Assembly (NCBI GenBank): GCA_964448085.1
Contig: CAYUUX010000001.1
Location: 22,465 to 86,464 of the forward strand
Source: an uncultured Gammaproteobacteria bacterium
GTDB lineage: Bacteria > Patescibacteriota > Microgenomatia > UBA10105 > UBA927
DNA: 64,000 nt
Direction: 5' to 3'
Part shown: positions 56,407 to 64,000 of the stretch, one piece after another
How the letters are laid out: every line of letters begins with the position of its first letter
How positions within the stretch are numbered: position 1 is the first letter of the stretch
Program-made: the position numbers and the translations under genes
Notes under the pieces: model-generated
What the model was told of the DNA's origin: nothing
The model's database searches: none
What the model saw: only the letters and a program-made list of their open reading frames with translations

Positions 56407-58074
56407 CTATTGACAAGAAGGACGCATGTCGCGAATTTTTAGCTGGAGAGAGGTTATTCCGTTCCACGTGTTTTCGTTGAGTGTATAAGCGACATCCACT
56501 GTAGACCCTACAGGAAAATTCTCACTCATATGGCCAATTCCAAAACCGACTGCATTCAATATCGTTCCTTTTTCGTCTCTTATTTTCATTTTCAAGTGAT
56601 TCAATTTCGCTCCAATTTTGCGAATTTCCATTACCGTTAGATTATTCGTAGCAAAAACCGGTTCGTAATTCCCTAATCCGAACGGTGCAAATTTTGACAA
56701 AGCAACATAAAGAGATTTGCTGATTAAACGAGAAGGAATCATGGCATCAATTGCAAGCGAACGGATCAACAACGCATCGTCTAACGCTTTTTCGATGCGC
56801 TGTTCTAATGCGGTTACCAATGCGGGAATATTTTTGGTTTCTATGGTAAAACCCGCCGCCATCGGATGCCCCCCAACATCAAGAAGAAGGTTGGATGCGC
56901 CGCGGATAAACTCTACGATGTTAAATCCAGAAACGGATCTCGCCGACGCTTTCGAAATTCCGTTGCCAATTGCAATCACAATACTTGGACGGTAATATTC
57001 TTCCGTTAATTTACCGGCAACCAACCCTATAATACCGGGATTGTATGATTCGTCGGAAACAATAAGGATTTTTTTCTTCTCCGCGGTTGTGTTCTTTGAT
57101 AATCCGGATAGTGCGTGAAGCGTTGTATCAACGGTCATTTGTTGCCTTTCCTTATTGGTCATCCCAAGTTTTAAAGCCAAAATAGTCGCACGTTCAGTTT
57201 TGGTCGTACACAGGAGACGCAGGGCATCAATGGCGTGTTCTAGTCTTCCCATCGCGTTTAACCTGGGAGCGATGACATGGGAGACATCCGATGTTTCAAG
57301 CAGTTTTTCATTCAACCCCGCTTCGCGTATTAGTGCACGGATTCCTATGCGTTTCGTTTTGTTTAATGCTTCGATACCGAATTTTGCGATACTCCGGTTT
57401 GGTCCAACGAGTGGCACCATGTCAGCAATCGTCCCTATTGCGGCAAATGCCAATAATTCTTCTGCCTTTTTACGCATGTGTTTTCCTAAAAGTGTTTTCG
57501 CAACAAACCATGAAACTCCAGCTCCGCATAATGCGGTCGTATGGATCACTGTGCATACCGGAATTGTTGCAGGCGGCAAATGATGATCGGTCACGATCAC
57601 ATCTATCCCGAGTGTCTTTGCGTATGCAACTTCGTCGGCTGCCGTTATACCATGATCTACAGTGATGATAAGAGAGGGATTGTATTCGGCAATGCAATTC
57701 TGAATTCCTTTTTCCGATAACCCATATCCTTCTTCAAGGCGATGCGGTACGTACGGCATGACACGGGCGCCTAAAGCGTAGAGCGCTTCCCATAAAATAG
57801 CACCAGCGCTGATACCATCTGCGTCATAATCCGCATATACGACAATAGACTCATGTTTTTCGATTGCCTTTTCTATCCGTGCAATTCCTTTTGTGAGCTT
57901 GGACTGAAAGATGCCGACATCTTTCGCAGTCAAATCCAATGGATCGGGTGGTGTAAGAAATGTTGCCTGATCTTTACTCTTATGTATTCCTCTATTTTCC
58001 AAAAGAATGCCGACAACATCGTCCACATGGTTGATTGGCTCTTTTGCCAAATTCCGTATATTCCAGTTTTTCAT
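56407..58074 (-). CDS. recJ: single-stranded-DNA-specific exonuclease RecJ
   Basis: DHH motifs (YADYDADGISAGAIL; TDHH), DHHA1 domain, C-terminal OB region. Confidence 0.9.
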   Translation of the reverse strand: MKNWNIRNLAKEPINHVDDVVGILLENRGIHKSKDQATFLTPPDPLDLTAKDVGIFQSKLTKGIARIEKAIEKHESIVVYADYDADGISAGAILWEALYALGARVMPYVPHRLEEGYGLSEKGIQNCIAEYNPSLIITVDHGITAADEVAYAKTLGIDVIVTDHHLPPATIPVCTVIHTTALCGAGVSWFVAKTLLGKHMRKKAEELLAFAAIGTIADMVPLVGPNRSIAKFGIEALNKTKRIGIRALIREAGLNEKLLETSDVSHVIAPRLNAMGRLEHAIDALRLLCTTKTERATILALKLGMTNKERQQMTVDTTLHALSGLSKNTTAEKKKILIVSDESYNPGIIGLVAGKLTEEYYRPSIVIAIGNGISKASARSVSGFNIVEFIRGASNLLLDVGGHPMAAGFTIETKNIPALVTALEQRIEKALDDALLIRSLAIDAMIPSRLISKSLYVALSKFAPFGLGNYEPVFATNNLTVMEIRKIGAKLNHLKMKIRDEKGTILNAVGFGIGHMSENFPVGSTVDVAYTLNENTWNGITSLQLKIRDMRPSCQ

Positions 58075-58123
58075 GTCTTCCTATGGTATCATAAGAAGGA
58101 AATATTCTCTTTTTCAATCATAT

Positions 58124-59503
58124 ATGATCGCGTTACCCGAACTAGCACAATCAGTCATTTCTGCCATGCAAAAAGCGGGTTTTCATTGTTATGCTGTTGG
58201 TGGATCCGTTCGAGACATACTGATGAACAAGACAACACACGGATGGGATTTTACAACAAACGCTCTCCCTGAACAGATATTGTCTGTTTTTCCGAATAGT
58301 TTTTATGACAATCAATTCGGCACCGTTGGGGTAAAAATATATAAAAATGGAATGACCCAGAAGGGTGAAGAAAAACCGCAGGATATCTATGAAATAACAA
58401 CATACAGAAGTGAGAAAGGATATACCGATCACCGTCATCCCGAACATGTCCTGTGGGGCGTCTCACTTGAAGAAGACCTTTCCAGAAGGGATTTTACGAT
58501 CAATGCTATTGCAACCGATGGAAACGTCATCGTTGATCCGTATAACGGACGCGATGCTATCAACCACAAACATATCTGTGCTGTCGGCGACCCCTTGCAA
58601 CGATTTGAAGAAGATGCGCTCCGTATGATGCGCGCCATTAGAATAGCCAGCCAACTCGGCTTCACTATCGAGGATGATACCAAACGCGCTATTGAAACAA
58701 AGGCTCCTCTTCTGGATGAAATATCCAAGGAGCGGATACGCGACGAATTTCTCAAAATACTTGTTGCTCCGTATGCAGGAGACGGGATAGTACTCTTAAA
58801 AAACACGGGTCTTCTTTCATTTATCATCCCGGAATTTCTTCCTGCTTTCACAACGGAACAAAAAAGTCCAAAACGGCATCATTTGTATGATGTTGGAATT
58901 CATTCTATTAAAGCCATGGACGCGTGTCCGTCAAATGATCCGATTGTGAAATTTGCAACACTTATCCATGACATCGGAAAGCCATCAACCTTCAAAAAAG
59001 ATCCATCTGGACTTATCACGTTTTTCAACCACGAAGTAGCAGGGACAAAAATAGCTCGTTCTATCGTCAAAAGACTCAGGTTTTCCAAAAAAGACAGCGA
59101 ACGGATTTTGACACTGTTGCGTTGGCATCAGTTTAGCGTCGATGAGCGTCAAACAGACAGTGCCATCAGAAGGATTATCCGTCGAGTGGGTAAAGAGAAT
59201 CTCCAGGACATGCTCGCTCTTCGCATCGGCGATCGTATCGGAGGTGGTGCCCAAGAAACATCTTGGCGGTTAGAATTGTTTAAAAAACGTCTTGAGGAAG
59301 TACAAAAACAACCGTTTGCTGTAAGTGATTTGACTATAAACGGCAACGATATCATGAAAATTCTCGCCTGTCGTCCAGGTCCGCTTGTTGGAAAAGCGCT
59401 TCTTGCGTTGTTTGAAGAAGTTGTTGCTCAAAAAATACCCAACGAACAACATGCGTTGATGCAACGATTGGAAGAAATTAAGAAGACACTGCTTACTTCG
59501 TAA
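58124..59503 (+). CDS. cca: CCA-adding tRNA nucleotidyltransferase with HD domain
   Basis: Pol-beta NTase head (YAVGGSVRDILM…DFT), HD motif (HDIGK), about 460 aa. Confidence 0.85.
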   Translation: MIALPELAQSVISAMQKAGFHCYAVGGSVRDILMNKTTHGWDFTTNALPEQILSVFPNSFYDNQFGTVGVKIYKNGMTQKGEEKPQDIYEITTYRSEKGYTDHRHPEHVLWGVSLEEDLSRRDFTINAIATDGNVIVDPYNGRDAINHKHICAVGDPLQRFEEDALRMMRAIRIASQLGFTIEDDTKRAIETKAPLLDEISKERIRDEFLKILVAPYAGDGIVLLKNTGLLSFIIPEFLPAFTTEQKSPKRHHLYDVGIHSIKAMDACPSNDPIVKFATLIHDIGKPSTFKKDPSGLITFFNHEVAGTKIARSIVKRLRFSKKDSERILTLLRWHQFSVDERQTDSAIRRIIRRVGKENLQDMLALRIGDRIGGGAQETSWRLELFKKRLEEVQKQPFAVSDLTINGNDIMKILACRPGPLVGKALLALFEEVVAQKIPNEQHALMQRLEEIKKTLLTS

Positions 59504-60362
59504 TTTTTTTATGGATGGCAAGTAAAATCGGCGTTGCAACAAAAGGCGACGAATACGTACCCGTAATAGTACCGATAAGAAGCGCTACTGCAAACCACCG
59601 AACTGTTTCTCCTCCCAAAAGCACCAATGCCAAAAGCATGAATATGATCGTAAAGGAATTGATAAGTGACCGTCCCATCGTTTCGTTCAACGCAATATCG
59701 GATATATCAATTAAATTACCTTTAATATTCTTCTTTTTGTATTCTCTTATCCTGTCAAAAATGACGATCGTATCATGAACAGAAAAACTCATTGTCGTCA
59801 AAAAGGCAGTCATAAAGAGCGCATCGACTTCCGTTCCGAAAAAATGTCCGAAAAGAGAAAATGCTCCGAACACCACCAAAACATCGTGGATCAACGCAAT
59901 AATTGCAGCAAATCCGAATTGAATGTTTTTGAATGCGTATGCAACGTATAAAAGGATGGCGATGACAGCAAGACATGCTGCAACAAATGATTTTACGAGA
60001 AGTTCTTTGCCCAATATTGGCCCTACGGTATCTCGTTGGACGATGTCTATTTTTGTATCAGTTTTTTCTTCCAGAAACACTTCGAAAGCTTTTGTCTCTT
60101 CATCATCAAGCATTTGTGTTCGAATGGTGTATGCGTTATTACCTGACCGCTGAGTATTCACAATCGCATACGGCGATCCGCTTACACTACCAACGATAGT
60201 GTCCTGCGATATATCTTTATTAAAACGCATCTCTAGTCGGGTTCCTCCGGTAAAATCCACGGATGGACGAAGTCCAAATCGTATAAGGGAATAGATGCCG
60301 GGTATAAGCACCAATGACGATACTATAATATACACCCAGATATATTTACTGAAACGTATCAT
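59493..60362 (-). CDS. secF: protein translocase subunit SecF
   Basis: 6 TM with SecF periplasmic P1 domain; directly downstream of secD. Confidence 0.9.
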   Translation of the reverse strand: MIRFSKYIWVYIIVSSLVLIPGIYSLIRFGLRPSVDFTGGTRLEMRFNKDISQDTIVGSVSGSPYAIVNTQRSGNNAYTIRTQMLDDEETKAFEVFLEEKTDTKIDIVQRDTVGPILGKELLVKSFVAACLAVIAILLYVAYAFKNIQFGFAAIIALIHDVLVVFGAFSLFGHFFGTEVDALFMTAFLTTMSFSVHDTIVIFDRIREYKKKNIKGNLIDISDIALNETMGRSLINSFTIIFMLLALVLLGGETVRWFAVALLIGTITGTYSSPFVATPILLAIHKKITK

Positions 60363-61744
60363 AATTTTTTCTCACTTTTTGGACCTTTGTACAATACACG
60401 CACGAACGTTCGTGTCACAACAATACCCGTAAATAAACTTGTCACTACACCCAAGAATAATGTCGCTGCAAAGCCGCGAACGAGTCCTGATGTCGGTAAA
60501 AACGACCAATTTCCAGGGTTAAACAAAATAATGGAGGTTATGATGGTAGTGAAATTTGCGTCCCGAATGCTTTCCCACGCTTTTCCAAATCCAAGCTCCA
60601 TAGCGATTTGCCATGATTTGCCACGACGAAGCTCTTCCCTATAGCGTGAAAAAATCAAAATATTACTGTCAACTGCCATACCAATGGAAAGAATAAACCC
60701 TGCGATTCCAGGAATTGTAAGCGTTACGGGAATCAGCCGGTATAAGGCAAGCGTAATCAAGCCATACATAACAAGCGCCAGATCCGCGAATACACCCAAC
60801 CATCCAAATTCCATAATCATGAATATCGCAACCATCACAAGACCGATAACTCCAGCCCGAATGCTTTTTTGTATGGATTCTGCACCTAGTGTTGCACCAA
60901 TGGTTCGTTGTTCCACTACTTTCACCGGAACAGGCAATGCGCCTGCGTTGAGTTGGATGGAAAGCTGTTTTGCCGAATCCACTGTAAAATTTCCGGTGAT
61001 CACTGCTTCACCGTCGGTAATTTCAGTGCTTACGGTTGGAGCGGTAACAATGACATCATCCAAAAAAATTGCAAGTGGCTTACCAACCAATCGTTTCGTC
61101 ACTTCGGCAAATTTTTTTGTTCCTTCCGGAGTAAATTGAATCCCCACCTCCGGTTCTCCTGTTTGTTGATTAAATTGAAGCATGGATTTTTTTAAATCCT
61201 TTCCAGAAATTCCAACTGCACGAGTATTCTCCAACGTCGGTACCATATATGCTGATTCCGAGGATTCTATCGTTTCGGGCATTTCTCGAAACTCCAATTG
61301 CGCGGTTTGCCCCACTAATGCAAGCGCCTCTTCCGTATTGGTTATACCCGGCAGCTCAACTATAATTCTGTATGTTTCTCCGCTAACAGCAGACTGTATC
61401 ACCGGTTCGGAAACACCAAAAAAATTCACCCGTCGCTCAATAACCTGTTTTGCTGATTCCAAGGAATCTTGTTTATCTGCGGCTTGTATGCTGGTCATAT
61501 CCGCTTCCAGCGTTACCTGCGTACCTCCGGCCAAATCCAACCCTAAATGCGTCTTCAAATCTTTTTGGATGTGTACCCCCAAGAGCTTTGTATCAATTGA
61601 AGGAGGATTGATTGTTATGGATTCATTCTTTCCCAAAAACGGTATGGGAATTGACATATGTTCCGGTAAATCAAGAATGACAAGAACAATAAAGAGAATA
61701 CAAAGATAAACAAACGTCCGTTTAGCGTGTTTCATAGAAAACAA
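60359..61744 (-). CDS. secD: protein translocase subunit SecD
   Basis: N-terminal TM, large periplasmic domain, C-terminal 5 TM with SecD/RND-like block. Confidence 0.9.
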   Translation of the reverse strand: MFSMKHAKRTFVYLCILFIVLVILDLPEHMSIPIPFLGKNESITINPPSIDTKLLGVHIQKDLKTHLGLDLAGGTQVTLEADMTSIQAADKQDSLESAKQVIERRVNFFGVSEPVIQSAVSGETYRIIVELPGITNTEEALALVGQTAQLEFREMPETIESSESAYMVPTLENTRAVGISGKDLKKSMLQFNQQTGEPEVGIQFTPEGTKKFAEVTKRLVGKPLAIFLDDVIVTAPTVSTEITDGEAVITGNFTVDSAKQLSIQLNAGALPVPVKVVEQRTIGATLGAESIQKSIRAGVIGLVMVAIFMIMEFGWLGVFADLALVMYGLITLALYRLIPVTLTIPGIAGFILSIGMAVDSNILIFSRYREELRRGKSWQIAMELGFGKAWESIRDANFTTIITSIILFNPGNWSFLPTSGLVRGFAATLFLGVVTSLFTGIVVTRTFVRVLYKGPKSEKKL

Positions 61745-61747
61745 TGA

Positions 61748-62329
61748 TTACTCTACGAGTTCCTCTTCGTCACCGATAATCATCACGCGCGAGCCCGAGA
61801 GCACGGAGATGACAAATGGATCACGACGCCTTTTTCTAAATAAAAATTCCTCTTCAGACATAACCGTATAATTGAACTCACGTTCTCTGCGCACTTCTTC
61901 TGCTTTCACAAGTTGTGTTAGCTCCGGAAGAACAACATTCCCTACAATAAGAAGATCAATATCTGTGCTGCTTCTTCTTTGTAATCCCCGGATATACCTT
62001 CCCGACATCATAACAAATTTGAGTTTTCCCAGCTTCGCTTTATGCTTCAAAATATCAAACCCTATGCCTGACGTTTTTCCTATCAGCTCCAGCAATTCAT
62101 AATAAAGTGGGTACTCACGTCGGAAACCATAGAACAACCTGTTGGCACGTTGTTCCTTGGTAACCATTCCCGCTTCTTCCATATGCGCTAGTTCACGTCG
62201 TACCGCATTGATCTCTTCCCCAATTTTCCTTACGATATCACGAACATGAAATATTGCACCCGGGTGGCTCAAAAACAACTGCAACATCTTTACCCTGACG
62301 CGGGAGATAATAATATCTTCAAGTAACAT
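61748..62329 (-). CDS. winged-HTH plus minimal nucleotidyltransferase-fold protein (putative regulator)
   Basis: N-terminal wHTH-like (…IFHVRDIVRKIGEEINAVRRELAHMEEAGMV…); central GRYIRG…SSTDIDLLIVG matches the Pol-beta NTase GS/[DE]xD core. Confidence 0.5.
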   Translation of the reverse strand: MLLEDIIISRVRVKMLQLFLSHPGAIFHVRDIVRKIGEEINAVRRELAHMEEAGMVTKEQRANRLFYGFRREYPLYYELLELIGKTSGIGFDILKHKAKLGKLKFVMMSGRYIRGLQRRSSTDIDLLIVGNVVLPELTQLVKAEEVRREREFNYTVMSEEEFLFRKRRRDPFVISVLSGSRVMIIGDEEELVE

Positions 62330-62378
62330 ATCTCCTCCTTTGCCCAATCACCTATCTGACTGAGCTAAGGGCAGTATA

Positions 62379-63557
62379 TTAATAGGTCACGGATGTCCCG
62401 ATAGGAAGCATCTCAATCCAAATTTGACCTTTATTCAACAACACTTCTTTTCCGGCTTCATCTTTAAAGATAGTCCGAGCAGATCTGTCGAGTTTTTGCC
62501 ATGTAATCTTTGACACTTTTCCGTCGGAGAACAGTAAACCGGTACCAGATCCTATATTTCCATATAACAAATGCATATGGTCATCGACTGGACCGGTTTC
62601 CTTGGCAAACTGCACAATCACCGTCTTTGTCTGAAGCTGCTCGCCTGTTTCAAGATCAAGGTGCGCAACTCCTCCATTTTCCCGTTTATAAAAATTACTA
62701 GTCTTATCATATACCCACTTAACTCCATAATCTTTTTCATATCCCTTCCAGGCAACAAAACTAATACTTGTGGCATCTCCTCTTTCCGCTTCCTTTGTAT
62801 CATCCTTAAATTTCCATGACTGGAAGTTTTTATCCCATGCAATCCCCTTACTGTCTACATTCGTCCACCCTCTATCGGAGGCAAGTGTTATCAACTTATC
62901 CGTCTGACAAACCATTGTATGTTCCGTTGCCACAGTATGATCTAACCGATCATAATTTCTATAGCATGTGGGGAATGAAATACCAAATTGATCCATATCT
63001 TTAATGCGGTATTGATCAATCTGACACAACGCTTTTGCCCGTTCATCTACAGTATCGTCTTCACATCGACCGGCTCCTCCTACATGGTTATAAAGTGCAT
63101 CATATTCCAATACCCACGGAAGAAAATATGTTCGTGCACTTCTTACCGGAGCAAGACTCACATTTTCTGCTGCTATACCGCAATAAAAAACACCCATAAA
63201 ACGCGATATGCCACCCTCAGCTACGGCTTCGTATACAACATCCGCGTAGGAAATCCCCGATTGCGGTCGCGCTTCGGCATGATTTTCAATCATGACAGCA
63301 AGCGGTCTCCTTTTTTCCCACACTTCTCGTTCCTGTTTCGTATATAACTTCCCGTTCAGAGGGCATGCTTCGGTACGTGGTATTGCGGGATCGATAACGA
63401 AATGTTTTTTTTGTCCGTCAGTTGTCGATACTTTTAACGAACTACCCGTCGAAGATTCTTTTCCCATGATTGAGAACACTGCTGCGGACGCGCCTGTTGA
63501 AATAAGATATAACGCAATAGCAATGATGCTATACATGAGCAGATTTTGTTTTTTCAT
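62379..63557 (-). CDS. DUF3048 (YerB-like) lipoprotein-family protein
   Basis: Signal/TM; PLAVMIENHAEARPQSGISYADVVYEAVAEGGISRF matches the conserved DUF3048 N-terminal block. Confidence 0.65.
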   Translation of the reverse strand: MKKQNLLMYSIIAIALYLISTGASAAVFSIMGKESSTGSSLKVSTTDGQKKHFVIDPAIPRTEACPLNGKLYTKQEREVWEKRRPLAVMIENHAEARPQSGISYADVVYEAVAEGGISRFMGVFYCGIAAENVSLAPVRSARTYFLPWVLEYDALYNHVGGAGRCEDDTVDERAKALCQIDQYRIKDMDQFGISFPTCYRNYDRLDHTVATEHTMVCQTDKLITLASDRGWTNVDSKGIAWDKNFQSWKFKDDTKEAERGDATSISFVAWKGYEKDYGVKWVYDKTSNFYKRENGGVAHLDLETGEQLQTKTVIVQFAKETGPVDDHMHLLYGNIGSGTGLLFSDGKVSKITWQKLDRSARTIFKDEAGKEVLLNKGQIWIEMLPIGTSVTY

Positions 63558-63576
63558 ACCAACCGTCCTCCTTATG

Positions 63577-63993
63577 TCAGTTTACGGAATGTGATTTCTT
63601 AATTGCCTGCTGTTCTTCTTTCGATAGCTCCATCTCTTCACATTTTCCGCCTTTGATATGCTTAATATACCATCTATTCCCAGTTCTCGCATAGAGAGAG
63701 GTCATGACAAACCCATCATCCTTCCCATCTAGTATTGCGACTGTAAAACTTTGACTTCCCCCGGTATCGGAGAATGGATTGAAGCGCACTATACCAAAAC
63801 GTTGGTAATGATCCAAACCGTTTCTTTCAAGTTGTTTTTCCATTTCCTCAAGTTTTTGTATGCTCTTTTCTGCATGCTCTTGTTTTGCAAGAAGTGCCGT
63901 TAAAATATCGCGCAGGGTTGCCTTTGTTGTCCCCTGCGTTAAGGAGTTATAGTGGATTCCCATGCGAAAAACCACGTATGTCAAAATAACCAA
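63577..63993 (-). CDS. DUF4446-family protein
   Basis: VRFNPFSDTGGSQSFTVAILDGKDDGFVMTSLYARTGNRWYIK resembles the DUF4446 core. Confidence 0.55.
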   Translation of the reverse strand: MVILTYVVFRMGIHYNSLTQGTTKATLRDILTALLAKQEHAEKSIQKLEEMEKQLERNGLDHYQRFGIVRFNPFSDTGGSQSFTVAILDGKDDGFVMTSLYARTGNRWYIKHIKGGKCEEMELSKEEQQAIKKSHSVN

Positions 63994-64000
63994 CCATACG

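Noticed and set aside
58435-58851. 138-aa minus-strand ORF inside cca
   Set aside because: Antisense to the well-supported CCA-adding enzyme gene; Ser/Arg-rich low-complexity translation.
1-64000. CRISPR arrays, IS elements, integrases, prophage genes
   Set aside because: No short regularly spaced direct repeats, no transposase or integrase-like ORFs, and no phage structural genes were recognisable by eye. The AT-rich islets at tRNA genes lack visible recombinase genes.

Overview
This 64 kb window is a gene-dense chromosomal segment from a bacterium with moderately low GC (about 40-45% by eye) and a reduced, host-dependent-looking gene set. About 70 protein genes can be called, most of them housekeeping. 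The gene content listed below fits a Candidate Phyla Radiation (Patescibacteria)-like lifestyle, but that taxonomy is inference only. I found no CRISPR array, no IS or transposase, and no integrase.

Housekeeping content:
- Translation and tRNA modification: a tsaE-tsaC-mini-tsaB cluster, prfB, serS, lysS, gltX, a compact aspS, cca, era, engB, and two tRNA genes (tRNA-Glu CTC on the plus strand, and a tRNA-Gln CTG-like gene on the minus strand).
- Secretion and division: secA, secD and secF, and an ftsE-ftsX-coiled-coil-M23-peptidase module.
- Recombination and repair: ruvC, ruvA, ruvB, recJ, an AlkD-like glycosylase, a lone MGMT C-terminal domain and a Fe-S-less HhH-GPD glycosylase.
- Proteostasis and Fe-S cluster assembly: lon, and an rrf2-sufC-sufB-sufD-sufS-sufU operon preceded by a perfect 25 bp palindrome.
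- Energy and redox: 2-oxoacid:ferredoxin oxidoreductase (ferredoxin-korA-korB), rubrerythrin, a Bcp peroxiredoxin and a cytochrome b5-like protein.
- Envelope: a DD-carboxypeptidase, a class A beta-lactamase-like serine hydrolase, a cyclophilin, a DsbA-like protein, a MacAB-like efflux set, and several membrane-anchored proteins with Thr/Pro-rich linkers.

Candidates most worth a second look:
1. A roughly 150 nt structured 5' leader at 40683-40871 on the minus strand. It has a near-consensus sigma70 promoter, a compact three-way junction, and an intrinsic terminator with a mutually exclusive antiterminator that shares a G-run. It sits in front of an operon encoding a DnaJ-type CxxCxGxG zinc-finger mini-protein, an enolase-superfamily racemase/epimerase and an M20 amidohydrolase. 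It has riboswitch or attenuator architecture that I cannot assign to a known class.
2. Two AT-rich islets, each next to a tRNA gene. One follows tRNA-Glu and carries an orphan HExxH protein. The other follows a tRNA-Gln-like gene with an atypical C55 and carries a HAD hydrolase plus a small acidic ORF at about 32-34% GC.
3. A 25 bp perfect palindrome abutting the rrf2 start codon, likely the Rrf2 operator for the suf operon.
4. An orphan 342-aa protein driven by a textbook TTGATA-17-TATAAT promoter, with an apparently leaderless start.
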